Source: Azolla caroliniana
Taxonomy: Eukaryota; Plantae; Polypodiophyta
NCBI GenBank assembly: GCA_043228905.1
Contig: JBHGNT010000011.1
Span: 7,812,001 to 7,876,000, forward strand
DNA: 64,000 nt
Direction of reading: 5' to 3'
How positions within the stretch are numbered: position 1 is the first letter of the stretch; each line of letters opens with the position of its first letter. The notes beneath the pieces were generated by a model. It made no database searches. It saw nothing but the letters and a program-made list of their open reading frames with translations, and was not told the DNA's origin. Of the stretch, positions 26,601 through 38,300 are shown piece by piece. Both the position numbers and the translations under genes were made by a program.

Positions 26601-26755
26601 AAGCCATGGACAGCCATGAGCTGTTTATTGACCATGATGATACCCACAGATGTGCTAACGTTGAACATCCAAGCTGCCACATCGAGGGCAGCCTTCCGAT
26701 CTGCCTTACTACTGCTACTGCTACTGCTACTGCTACTGCTACTGCTGGGGGCCAT
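23270..26755 (-). CDS. URGT: Golgi nucleotide-sugar transporter, UDP-rhamnose/UDP-galactose transporter (URGT) family, 5 exons, 347 aa
   Basis: Exons 26755-26593, 26091-25907, 25660-25460, 23866-23705, 23602-23270, all GT-AG and phase-compatible. Motifs [62 protein letters not shown] are typical of Arabidopsis URGT5/6-like proteins. Confidence 0.95.
23705..23866 (-). CDS. URGT: URGT exon 4
   Basis: YVHSLQKKY...STSSV, 162 bp, donor GTGAGA. Confidence 0.92.
25460..25660 (-). CDS. URGT: URGT exon 3
   Basis: IAKLSMIP...ALQQY, donor GTGAGT, 201 bp. Confidence 0.93.
25907..26091 (-). CDS. URGT: URGT exon 2
   Basis: TGCAG acceptor, CAG/GTAATT donor, 185 bp. Confidence 0.93.
26593..26755 (-). CDS. 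URGT: URGT exon 1
   Basis: ATG at 26755, poly-Ser tract, donor GTAAGA, phase 1. Confidence 0.9.
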
Positions 26756-28941
26756 AGCAGCCCCAGGCACGGAGACAGAAGAAAGAGACACAGAGACACA
26801 GAGACAGAGGCGTAGAAGAAGTTCTTCTTGGGTTAAAGAAAGAAAAGAGAACACAAAAGACTAACTATCCCTCCTCCTCCTCCTCCTCCTCTCAGGCTTC
26901 AGCCTTCCTTCACAACAACAACAACAACAACAACACACACATATACACACATACATAATATGTATGTATGTAAATATAATACATTATGTATGTATGTATG
27001 TATGTATACATATATATATACATATGTACATATAACATACATATATATTACCCACACTATCTATGTTTTGTCTGTTTTCAAGGGAGACAATGAATGATAT
27101 GAATGATATGAGTGAGGAGAGGAGAGGAGCTCCATTCTCTCTCATTCCATTCATTTTCAAATCAGTGCACTATGTATAACAACCCCCCCCCCCCCCCCCC
27201 CCCTCTCTCTCTCTCTCATGAGGACTTCTTTTTCCTCTTTACGTTTTCTCTCGGAAAGCACAAAGACCACACTAGAATAATCTTGTGATCCTGTTTTTGC
27301 TCCTCTCTCTCTTTTTGTCTTTCACATCCAACTTGCTCTCTCTGCTTCTCTCTGCGTCTCTACTCTCACGTCTACATTCATGCTTCGAAATTTGTGTTTA
27401 TGTCCTTGTGCTTTGACCTATTGATCGACTTTTATTGCTATTGATGTTATCCCAAGTCTCATGATAACGAAGTTTGAGCATGGGTCAAAAATGTGCCCTT
27501 CACACAACCAATCCTACGGATCCTTCTCTTCTTTAATGGATGTAGATTTGAGATCATGTCCCAACTACACAAAGAATGACTCGGATGAGGAGGCATTACA
27601 TATATACATGCACACCACTTGTTTAGCTTCTTATTTGGAAATGTGTCGATGGATTAACATGTACACGCCTAATAATAGGTTACAAAAAGTGTGATGGTGC
27701 TAATGCTAATCCCACATTTGTGATGGAGAAAGATGAGAAAGTTGTGAGGGTTGAAAGCAAAGTTCTTGCATTCGAAAGAGCCATTTCCACATACTAGCAA
27801 AGAAATCTACATTATCGTCCTTTTCTATTTGCACCGTCATAAATATAAATCAATCAATCAAATGGAAGTCGCATCCTTCGTTTGTTTTGGTTGTTCTTCA
27901 TATGATTGATTGATTAGAGAGGAAATCTAATGTGTGCTTTTGTGTGTATGAAATGTAGGGTGCCAAAACAAATTTCCTCCACCCTGGTAAGTGATTAATA
28001 ATTGAAGTGATTTCTGTTCTTATTGTGGGAATCTATCCTTAGTCTCAAGTTAGAACCATGTACTACTTGCTAAAGCAAAATGTCAAAACATACCTTTACA
28101 CACTACATAAGAGACTTCAAACTTCCTTGCCATCAATCAAACTATCTCTTATATAGTCATGAGTCATAATTGTTTATATAGTCATGGCACAATAGTAAAA
28201 CTATTGCTTTATCCCGTAAAGTTGTGATCAGAAGTCTTTGATAATGGATATTTATTATAAAGTAAATAAATCACGTTTCTTGTTTCAAATCATCATGCAC
28301 ACTAATAGTTATTCATGCAAATAGTGTGGTCCTCAAATTTATGGCATTCTAAACCGCTTTCCACAACCCGATAGTTGAAAACAAAACCATTTAAACAAAA
28401 TCTTGGTATTGTGTGATGGTCGAGAGGATGTTGAAGATGATAGAGAAGGATGGGAGGAGGGCACAAGGGATTAATGACAAGTCTTAAACCGTTCCTATCT
28501 ACTCAAAGACATAAAAATTGTCATCCCTTTAGGTTGGATTCTCATGCTCTCAACAACACCAACAAATATAACATGATCTCGTAGAAGCATATGTTAAGAT
28601 GGGAAGTTTGTTAAAAGCATGGATGATGATGAGGCAAGCCTTAGGTGTAAACAACTAAAGGAGGCTTAGATATTAACAAGGTTAAGATAATTACAAGATG
28701 TTTTGCTATTCCCTGAAATTGCCCAATATTTTTTATTTTCCCAATTCTCAAGATAGACCATAGAAAGTGAACAAAAAAGACATGAAGTGATAATATAATT
28801 GTTGAAATACCACATATATTTGTTTACATTGGGGGTTTATGCAAAGACATTCGGGGGATAGGATTGTAACGAAATGAAGGCAAGAGTGATTGCAATGCAG
28901 CGGAAGATGATTGAGAGAGTGTGTGTATGTGTGTGGCAACA

Positions 28942-29040
<99 letters not shown>

Positions 29041-30609
29041 CTTGAGACAGAGATAGAAAAGCTAAACTGTGTATTAACCAAAGATACATCAAAACATAAA
29101 ATGTCCAATAGTAACTAAGTTACAAGGGGTTGGTTTAAATATCAACTGAGCTAGGGCAAGTGCCCTTTCTACTATTTACAAAACTAGTATGGTATGTCCA
29201 TGAGCTAGTGTGAAGCCTATCTATGGGAAGTTGAGTTCGATTCTCAACACGCCCCTTCGAACACAACTTCCATCTGTCGAAAAGTTGTTTCAGTCTTCGG
29301 AGTACTTCGATTTAAGGAATCGGATTCCAACTTGCTTTACGCTTCTAATTGCGTGTTGCATAGTTTATTCGTGTTGCGTATGCTGCGTACTCCCCCTCAA
29401 GCTTGACAATGTAGATGTCATGAGACCAAGGTCCGATGCAAATTGCCTGAGCTTGTCGACTCCTAAGGCCTTCGTAAATATATCAGCAACTTCGAGGTGC
29501 GTACTAGTATGTTGTAGATCGATCTCGCCAGCCTGTACGTGCTCGCGGATGAACTGGTAATGCACTTCGATATGTTTCGTTCATGCGTGGAATACGGAGT
29601 TCCGCGCCAAGTAGATACTGCTCATGTTGTCGCAGTAGAGACGAATTGGATCCTTTATGGGAAAGCCCAGATCCTTTAGTATGCATTTAAGCCATACGGC
29701 TTCGCATGTGGCGACTGTTGTGCCCCTATATTCGGCTTCCGTGTTCAACAATGCGATTGTTGGTTGTTTCTTGCTGCTCCAAGAGATTGCTCCACTGCAG
29801 AGGGAGAAGAAAAATCCGAAGGTGGATCGTCTATCCGCTTTATAGCTTGCCCAGTCCGCATCATTGTACCCTTCGAGTCGAATAGTCGTGTTCAACTTAT
29901 ACATGATGCCGTAAGCCATTGTCGTACTAACATACCGTAGTATCCTCTTAGCACAATCAAGATGAAGGTTTCGCGGATTCTGCATGAATTGGCTAAGTAG
30001 GCCGACCGAATAATTGAGGTCGGGTCGCGTAATGGTTAGATAGATCAAACTACCGATCAATTGTCGATACTAAGTCGACTCGCTCTCAGCGGTTCCGGAT
30101 GGGCATCAATCTTTAGGTTACGATCGAGAGGGGTAGACACAGGCTTGCACTTGGTCATTCCGAACTTGTAGAGTAAGTTGAGGACATAGTGCCGTTGTGA
30201 GATCATTATCCCGACTGGTGTCCGAATTACTTCAATGCCTAGGAAGTAATGGAGTTCGTGCAGGTCTTTCATTTCGAATCTTCCGGAGAGAAGTGTTTTG
30301 ACTTTGTTGATCTCGGCAAGATCCTTTCCTCCGATGACCAAGTCATCCACGTATAGGATGATGATGATCGGGCTATCCAACTCATTTCGGATGTACAGAG
30401 AGGTGTCAGATTTTGACATCCAAAATCTGACTTGGTGAAGATATTGCGTGATCTTCGAGTGCCAAACACGCGGTGCTTGTTTGAGGCCGTAGAGTGGCTT
30501 CTTGAGTTGGCATACGGCGTGTGGATGCTTACGTGATTCGAATCCGGGTGGTTGTTGTTGGGATTTCGGTCCCTCCGGATGGGATGTCCGGAGATGAATG
30601 ACGGCAAGC

Positions 30610-30812
30610 CCGGTTGCGGTTACGGAACCGGATGATGAAGAGTACCCGGCATGAAGCCGGATGAAGAGTACCCGGCTACGGAGCCGGATGATGAAGACCC
30701 CGGTTACGGAGCCGGATGATGAAGACCCCGGCTACGGAGCCGGATGATGATGACCCCGGCTACGGAGCCGGATGATGAAGACCCCGGCTACGGAGCCGGA
30801 TGACGAATGTAC
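30610..30812 (+). repeat. 28-bp tandem array in copia LTR U3 (CCCCGGCTACGGAGCCGGATGATGAAGA); also at 35441-35643
   Basis: About 7 copies with period 28, same in both LTRs. Confidence 0.9.
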
Positions 30813-31302
30813 CCGGAGAGAGATCCGGATGCGGGGACATATTTGAGAATATGTTTGCCAAGAGCCCTTGAGGCTATATTTGTAAATAGCCCGAAAGTCA
30901 TATGTGTATAAATATGACTTAGGGCAAACAGTTTTATGTTGTTGCTTATTTTTCATGAGAAGTGAGAGCAGCCGAGAGAGAGAGAGATAGAGCGCGAGAG
31001 AGACGAAGAGGTAGACGCCTCTGTGTACTTCCGCCGCCTGTGGCGAGGACAGCGAGCTCAAGGTCGTTGCCTTGCAGCTCGCCATTGTATATTTCTCTGT
31101 GCATAGTTTGGTTCGGAGTCTCGCACTCCCGTGGTTTTTCCCGTATAGGGTTTTCCACGTTAATCCCTGTGTATCGCGTCTTTCTCTGTATTTCCTATTT
31201 TCTGCTACATTGATCTGCGATTAATCGGTTGTGGCCGAGTGGCGAAGGTGAATCAAAGCGGTGATTCCTTACAAAGTGGTATCAGAGCGATTGTTGCAGA
31301 AA

Positions 31303-34300
31303 ATGGAAGGCGGCGGCAGCGGGCAGCCGATGATGATGGTGCTGAATGCACAGAATTACGCCGACTGGAAGATCAAGATGGAGGATCTTCTGATTGTTCG
31401 GGACCTGTACGAACCGATTGACAGGTCGGAAATACCGAAAGGGGTACTTGAGTCGGAGTGGAAGCTCCTGAACCGGAAAGCCGTAGCGACGATCCGACAA
31501 TATGTCGACGTAAGCGTCCTACAACATGTGGCGAACGACACCAACGCATACGAAATGTGGAAGAAGCTGTCGGGCCTCTATGAGAGGAAGAATGCGTTGA
31601 ACCGGACCTCCCTGATGAGGAAGATTGTGAATCTCAAGTACCGGGACGGCGAGAGTATGGTGGAACACGTAAGCACGTTCATGGGATTCGTGAACCAGCT
31701 TGCGGCGATCAAGTTCCCGTTGGAGGATGCAATGCAAGCCATCATCCTGATGTGTACATTGCCGGACAGCTGGGAGAACTTGGTGGTGACTCTCAGCACC
31801 TCCTGCACGGAAGACAACTTGTCCCTACAAACGGTAAAGACAAGTATTTTGAACGAAGAAGCGCGTCGGAGAGACAAAGAACCGGCCTCCGACTCGAAGG
31901 CGCTGCTTACCGAATCGGAACGGGGAAGACACTGGAACCGGAGTCCGCAAAGACGGGAGAAGTCGGGGACCCGGTCGCAGTCAAGAGGAAGGCCCACGTG
32001 CTTCCACTGTGGGAAGCCGGGGCACTTCCGGAAGAATTGTCGGCATTACCGAAAGGACAACGGAGCCGACGACACCGATTCGAAGAAGTCACCGGAGAGA
32101 AACGGTGCATACCGGGGAGCCACGGACCGGAGAGGTTCGGATCGGCGAGGGCAGGACCGGAAAGGAACGACGGCACTCGCGGCAAGTGAGGAAGAAATCA
32201 TGCTCATCACCGAAGAAGGTGAACTAAACATTGCCGGCGATGAGACGACCTGGGTGGTCGATTCCGGAGCATCGTTCCACCTGACCCCGGAGAGAAGATA
32301 CTTCTCATCCTACACAGCCGGCGAGCATGGCTGTGTTCGGATGGGAAACGAAGGCACGTGCCGAATTGCCGGCATAGGAGACGTGTGGTTAACAACCCCG
32401 ACCGGATGCAAAATGCTGCTGAAGGATGTCCGACACGTTCCGGAGGTTCGATTGAACCTGATTTCGGCCGGGAGGCTAGATGATGAAGGCTACACGGGTA
32501 GCATCCGGAACGGTGTCATGAAGTTCAGCAAGGGGAACCTGATAGTGGCTCGGGCCCGGAAGGTCAACACACTGTACCTGATGAATTCCCGGCTATGTCC
32601 GGAGGAGCTGAACGTGGCAGCCGACACTGCCGGTGAGCTGTGGCACAAGAGACTGTGCCACATGAGTGAGAAGGGGATGAAGAGGCTTGTAGAAGACAAC
32701 CTTATTCCAGTGAAGCATGTGCACCTGGAGAAGTGCACCGATTGCCTGGCCGGTAAACAGAACCGAACCTCCTTCCACTCAAGGCCACCGACGAGACGTA
32801 GCGCACCATTGGAGTTGGTGCACACTGACGTGTGTCAGGTAGAGACGAAGTCACATGGCGGAGCCCAGTACTTCGTAACATTCATCGATGATCATAGCCG
32901 GAAGCTGTGGACGGCACCGTTGAAGACAAAGGACCAAGTGTTGTGCGTCTTCAAAGAACTCCACGCGAGAGTGGAAAGGGAATCCGGCAAGAAGCTGAAA
33001 GCGATACGAGCGGATAACGGAGGGGAATACCGGGGGCAGTTCCAGGAGTATTGTCGCTCGAAGGGAATCCGACTCGAGTTTACAGTGCCGAAGACGCCGG
33101 AACTGAACGGGCTGGCCGAGAGGATGAACCGGACCATAATGGAGAGGGTCCGGAGTATGCTGGCGCATGCGAAATTACCCAAGGGATTTTGGGCTGAGGC
33201 AATGTCGACGGCGACATACGTGATAAACAGATCACCCTCAGTACCTTTGGACGGAGACACGCCGCAGAAAGTGTGGACCGGTAAGGAAGTGTCCTACCGG
33301 CATCTGAAGGTGTTCGGGTGTCTCGCATACGTGCATGTGGCAAAGGACCGGAGAGGAAAGCTAGATCCAAAGACCCGGCCATGCATATTCCTCGGTTACG
33401 GCGACGACGAGTTCGGCTACCGAGTATGGGACCCGGTCGACAAGAAGATATTCAGGAGTCGTGATATCATCTTCATGGAGAACAAGACACTCGCCGACTG
33501 GGAGTCGGAGAAGAAGATGAAGAGCTCCAAGTCGACCGGTGAGGATCAACTCTACGAGGAGCAGTCCCGACCGGCAAGGGACCGGTTAGCACTCGAGGAC
33601 CCGGCCGAAGACGGTGAAGAAACAGAACCGGCCGAAGAAGATGAAAACGATACCGGAACCGGCCCCGATCCCGAAATGGATTCGGATGAAGAAGAATCGG
33701 AAGAACCAGTTACCGAAGCTCCGGAACGGAGATATCCTCTAAGAGAGAGAAGGGCCCCCCGGAAATTTCCGGAACCAGAGCACGTGCTGCTAACCGACGA
33801 AGGGGAGCCGGAGAGCTTTGAAGAAGCAAAGCATGACACCCAGAGCCGCAGGTGGTTGAGTGCCATGCAGGACGAGATGGATTCCCTGCATGAGAACCAC
33901 ACATATGAACTTGTGGAGTTGCCGAAAGGAAAACGGGCACTCCGTAACAAGTGGGTGTTCAAGCTGAAACCGGGAGATGCCGGAAACCCCCCGAGATACA
34001 AAGCCAGGATCGTGGTGAAGGGGTTCCAGCAGAAGAAGGGCGTCGACTTCGACGAGATATTTGCCCCGGTAGTAAAGATGACCTCCATCCGGACGGTGCT
34101 GAGCATAGCGGCAAGCATGGACCTCGAGGTAGAACAGATGGACGTGAAGACGGCATTCCTTCACGGTGACCTCGATGAAGAGATCTACATGCAGCAACCG
34201 GAAGGATTCGAGAAGAAAGGGAAGGAGCACCTGGTATGCCGGTTGAAGAAGAGCCTTTACGGGCTGAAGCAGGCTCCCCGGCAATGGTACCGGAAGTTCG

Positions 34301-35376
34301 ACTCCTTCATGACCGACGAAGGGTACCTCAAAACGCAGTCCGACCACTGCGTGTTTGTGAAGAAGTTCGAAGGAGGAGATTTTCTAATACTCCTCCTGTA
34401 CGTGGACGACATGTTGATCGTCGGACGGGACCAGGTCAAGATTCGGATGCTGAAGAAGGCTCTTCACCGAACCTTCTCAATGAAGGACTTGGGTCCGGCG
34501 AGACAAATACTAGGGATGCACATCATCCGGGACCGGAGCAAGAAGCAGTTGTGGCTGTCACAAGAGAAGTACGTGACAAAGGTGCTTCAACGGTTCAACA
34601 TGTCGGAAGCAAGACCGGTCGGATCAACCCTACCGGCAAACTGCAAGTTGTCCAGCAAGCAAAGTCCCAAGACAAAGGCTGAAAAGGAGGATATGATGAA
34701 AGTGCCGTATGCCTCAGCTGTCGGGAGCCTGATGTACGCCATGGTGTGTACGAGACCGGACATCGGATACGCAGTCGGAGTGGTGAGCCGGTACATGAGC
34801 AATCCCGGCAAAGAGCATTGGAACGCGGTCAAGTGGATACTTCGATACCTGAAGGGCACGGCAAACGTGTGCCTCCGATTCGGCTCCGGTAAGCCCGAAC
34901 TCGACGGCTTCACCGATTCGGATATGTCGGCTGATGCAGATACCAGCCGGTCCACATCAGGGTATGTGATGACTTATGCAGGGGGAGCCGTTTCGTGGCA
35001 GTCGAGGCTGCAGAAGACGGTTGCGTTGTCAACCACGGAGGCGGAGTACATGGCAGCTGTTGAAGCCGGCAAGGAAATAATATGGATGAAGGACTTCATT
35101 AGAGAGCTCGGGATCCGGCAGGAGGAGTACCGACTCTACTGCGATAGTCAGAGTGCCATCCACCTCGCAAAGAACGCGGCCTACCATTCCCGGACGAAAC
35201 ACATCCAGCGTAGATACCACTGGATCTGGGAAAGGATAGAAGACAAGGAGTTCGTGCTGACGAAGATCCACACGAACGAGAACGGGTCGGATATGCTGAC
35301 CAAGGTGCTCACACCCGACAAGCTGGAAGCATGCCGGAAGAGGATCGGATTGGAGAGACATCCCATGCCGAAGTGA
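31303..35376 (+). CDS. Ty1/copia gag-pol polyprotein (1357 aa from first ATG)
   Basis: Uninterrupted ORF: gag, CCHC knuckle (CFHCGKPGHFRKNC), protease (WVVDSGAS), integrase (HKRLCH...C..C; VHTD, RADNGGE, NGLAE), RT (QMDVKTAFL, LYGLKQ, YVDD), RNase H (FTDSD, TEAEY, YCDSQS, SDMLTK). Confidence 0.97.
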   Translation: MEGGGSGQPMMMVLNAQNYADWKIKMEDLLIVRDLYEPIDRSEIPKGVLESEWKLLNRKAVATIRQYVDVSVLQHVANDTNAYEMWKKLSGLYERKNALNRTSLMRKIVNLKYRDGESMVEHVSTFMGFVNQLAAIKFPLEDAMQAIILMCTLPDSWENLVVTLSTSCTEDNLSLQTVKTSILNEEARRRDKEPASDSKALLTESERGRHWNRSPQRREKSGTRSQSRGRPTCFHCGKPGHFRKNCRHYRKDNGADDTDSKKSPERNGAYRGATDRRGSDRRGQDRKGTTALAASEEEIMLITEEGELNIAGDETTWVVDSGASFHLTPERRYFSSYTAGEHGCVRMGNEGTCRIAGIGDVWLTTPTGCKMLLKDVRHVPEVRLNLISAGRLDDEGYTGSIRNGVMKFSKGNLIVARARKVNTLYLMNSRLCPEELNVAADTAGELWHKRLCHMSEKGMKRLVEDNLIPVKHVHLEKCTDCLAGKQNRTSFHSRPPTRRSAPLELVHTDVCQVETKSHGGAQYFVTFIDDHSRKLWTAPLKTKDQVLCVFKELHARVERESGKKLKAIRADNGGEYRGQFQEYCRSKGIRLEFTVPKTPELNGLAERMNRTIMERVRSMLAHAKLPKGFWAEAMSTATYVINRSPSVPLDGDTPQKVWTGKEVSYRHLKVFGCLAYVHVAKDRRGKLDPKTRPCIFLGYGDDEFGYRVWDPVDKKIFRSRDIIFMENKTLADWESEKKMKSSKSTGEDQLYEEQSRPARDRLALEDPAEDGEETEPAEEDENDTGTGPDPEMDSDEEESEEPVTEAPERRYPLRERRAPRKFPEPEHVLLTDEGEPESFEEAKHDTQSRRWLSAMQDEMDSLHENHTYELVELPKGKRALRNKWVFKLKPGDAGNPPRYKARIVVKGFQQKKGVDFDEIFAPVVKMTSIRTVLSIAASMDLEVEQMDVKTAFLHGDLDEEIYMQQPEGFEKKGKEHLVCRLKKSLYGLKQAPRQWYRKFDSFMTDEGYLKTQSDHCVFVKKFEGGDFLILLLYVDDMLIVGRDQVKIRMLKKALHRTFSMKDLGPARQILGMHIIRDRSKKQLWLSQEKYVTKVLQRFNMSEARPVGSTLPANCKLSSKQSPKTKAEKEDMMKVPYASAVGSLMYAMVCTRPDIGYAVGVVSRYMSNPGKEHWNAVKWILRYLKGTANVCLRFGSGKPELDGFTDSDMSADADTSRSTSGYVMTYAGGAVSWQSRLQKTVALSTTEAEYMAAVEAGKEIIWMKDFIRELGIRQEEYRLYCDSQSAIHLAKNAAYHSRTKHIQRRYHWIWERIEDKEFVLTKIHTNENGSDMLTKVLTPDKLEACRKRIGLERHPMPK

Positions 35377-38300
35377 AGGGGGAGTTTGTTGGGATTTCGG
35401 TCCCTCCGGATGGGATGTCCGGAGATGAATGACGGCAAGCCCGGTTGCGGTTACGGAACCGGATGATGAAGAGTACCCGGCATGAAGCCGGATGAAGAGT
35501 ACCCGGCTACGGAGCCGGATGATGAAGACCCCGGTTACGGAGCCGGATGATGAAGACCCCGGCTACGGAGCCGGATGATGATGACCCCGGCTACGGAGCC
35601 GGATGATGAAGACCCCGGCTACGGAGCCGGATGACGAATGTACCCGGAGAGAGATCCGGATGCGGGGACATATTTGTGAATATGTTTGCCAAGAGCCCTT
35701 GAGGCTATATTTGTAAATAGCCCGAAAGTCATATGTGTATAAATATGACTTAGGACAAACAGTTTTATGTTGTTGCTTATTTTTCATGAGAAGTGAGAGC
35801 AGCCGAGAGAGAGAGAGATAGAGCGCGAGAGAGACGAAGAGGTAGACGCCTCTGTGTACTTCCGCCGCCTGTGGCGAGGACAGCGAGCTCAAGGTCGTTG
35901 CCTTGCAGCTCGCCATTGTATATTTCTCTGTGCATAGTTTGGTTCGGAGTCTCGCACTCCCGTGGTTTTTCCCGTATAGGGTTTTCCACGTTAATCCCTG
36001 TGTATCGCGTCTTTCTCTGTATTTCCTATTTTCTGCTACATTGATCTGCGATTAATCGGTTGTGGCCGAGTGGCGAAGGTGAATCAAAGCGGTGATTCCT
36101 TACAGTTGTATCATGTACACCTCTTCTTCTAACTCTCCTTGGAGGAAAGCATTTTTCACGTCCATCTGGTGGAGGTGCCACCCTTTCGTTGCGGCGAGTG
36201 CAATTACTGTCCGTACAATTGTCATCTTTGCCACTAGGGCAAAGGTTTCTCCGAAGTCTATGCCGTGCGTTTGCGCGTAGCCTTTCGCAACGAGCCGTGC
36301 TTTGAGGCGATTTACGGATCCGTCGGCATTGTATATTTGCAGCCAATTGCATTCTTGTTCGGGGGGAGAGGAACGAGATCCCATGTCTCGTTTTTGCATA
36401 ACGCGTCCATCACCTCATTCATCCCGTCGACCCATTGCGGATCCTTTGCAGCTTCGGAAAGCATTTCCGGTTCCCGTACTGACGCTACTTTCATCATAAA
36501 AGCATAGTGATACGCCATGTTCTCGTTTCGTTGTAGTCGTAGCGGCGTACGGGGTTTTTTTCACGTGTGGATCGGCGTAGCTCTCGATCCGTGGGGAGTA
36601 TGGCTTTCTTCGCTCCATCTATGCGGATGTCGAGATCTTCAAATTCACTGTCAAGAGAGTGAAGCATCTCGGTCTCTTCCTGATCTTCATATTCCCACAT
36701 TTTCGCCTTCCCTTTGTCCAGCTTCAGACTCGGCCGAGATGTGCTTTCATCACTCGGCGGCTCTGATGGCCCACGAAGTTGGGGATCGGCTCACACAGAT
36801 GTTAGAAGACAACCCAATTACGACTCGGCCGAGATGTGCTTTCATCACTCGGCGGCTCTGATGGCCCACTCAACCGTGTCGTAATTGGGTTGTCTTCTAA
36901 CATCTGTGTGAGCCGATCCCCAACTTCTATTTCTATTTCAATGTCATCCGCATCGAGCAGGGTTGGAGTCGAAGTATTCTCTGGTGCGTACCAGGATGCG
37001 TATTCATCGAAGACTACGTCTCGACTTGTTCGAACCTTACGGGTAGATGGGTTGTAGCATTTGTACCCCTCTATTCGAGTGAGTATCCTACGAGGATACA
37101 TTTCTCCGACTTTGGGTCAAGCTTTTGCCGCGTATCGTCGGGAATATGTACGTAGGCGATAGAACCGAAAACACAAACATGTGACAAGTCCGACTTCTTT
37201 CCGAAGAACTTCTCATGCGGAGTTATATCGTGTACTCCTGAGGTTGTGCACCTATTCATGAGATATACGGTCGTATTTGCCGCTTCTACCCAATATGATT
37301 TCGGCAGGTTCTTCTCGTTCATCATGGCTCGTGCAACTTCTACTGCATGGCGATTTTTACGTTTTGCTATATTGTTTTGCTGAGTGTTTCGACACGAGAA
37401 CTCTCGTCGGATTCCTTCTTTTTGGAGATATGCCGTAAATTCATCCGAAAAATATTCTTTGCCTCCATATGATCGAAGACAACGTACATGCTGACCTGTA
37501 GTTTTTTCAACTTCGGTCTTGAATGTCTGGAAGTGCTTGAACACTTCACTCTTCTACTTCATCGGATAGATCCAGGTGTTCCTAGAGAAGTCGTCAATGA
37601 AGGTGACATAGTATCGGCATCCGCCGAATGTTGTTGTCTAGGTTGGTCCCCACACATCTAAATGTACGACATCCAAGATTCCTTTGCTCACATTCCGCTC
37701 TTTAGGGAATGGGTGATGACGTTGCTTTTCAAACTGACATGCTTCGCATACGCCTATAATCTCTTTCGCCGTAAAGTTCAGGAGTCTGATTACAACTCCT
37801 TTCGATTGCATATTTTGGAGCTTCTGGAGATTGATGTGGCTGATTCTCTTGTGCCACAGTTTCAAGTTAGTTTAGACTTTCTGGGCCTTTGCGTACATGG
37901 CCGACTTTACCTTGCTCGATTCGAGGATGAACATATGGCCTTCTCGTCCGCCGTGAGCTACGACTTGATTGCCTTTTTCGATGAGGCATCCGTCATTATT
38001 GAAGCGTACTTGCATTCCTTGTTCAACAATCTGGCCAACTGAGACCAGGTTTTTCGTAATGGTGGGGACATGCAGCACGTTCTTGAGGTAGGTCTGTTTG
38101 TTGTCATTTCCGAATGGGACGTTCCCGATATGCTGTATGGGGTGTGACGTGTCATCTCCAATTTTGACATATCTTGGACGTTCGGGCTTTCGTAGTTCCC
38201 GAAACCAATCTTCATGGGACGTCATGTGATTGGATGCTCCCGAATCGACAAACCATACGTTGTTCGGAGTGGAAGCGGTAGTTGACGCAAGTGCAGACAT

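Larger units (their letters stand above)
30556..36104 (+). mobile_element. Intact young Ty1/copia LTR retrotransposon
   Basis: TSD GTTGT (30551-30555, 36105-36109); 718-bp LTRs 30556-31273 and 35387-36104 (TG...CA, 2 mismatches seen); PBS TGGTATCAGAGC 31277-31288; PPT AAGGGGGAG right after the stop codon. Confidence 0.98.

Noticed and set aside
17586-26755. Functional cluster of AOX and URGT
   Set aside because: Unrelated pathways (mitochondrial respiration versus Golgi transport); adjacency alone is not evidence.
28748-29118. ORFs with poly-(SL)/(RE) runs (also near 11082, 12016, 19912)
   Set aside because: Translations of dinucleotide microsatellites.
30610-30812. Regularly spaced 28-bp repeats resembling a CRISPR array
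   Set aside because: Head-to-tail units without unique spacers, inside a copia LTR and duplicated in the other LTR; no cas genes; eukaryotic context.
31282-35438. Many antisense and alternative-frame ORFs over the intact copia
   Set aside because: Shadow ORFs of a GC-rich coding sequence with no recognisable motifs.
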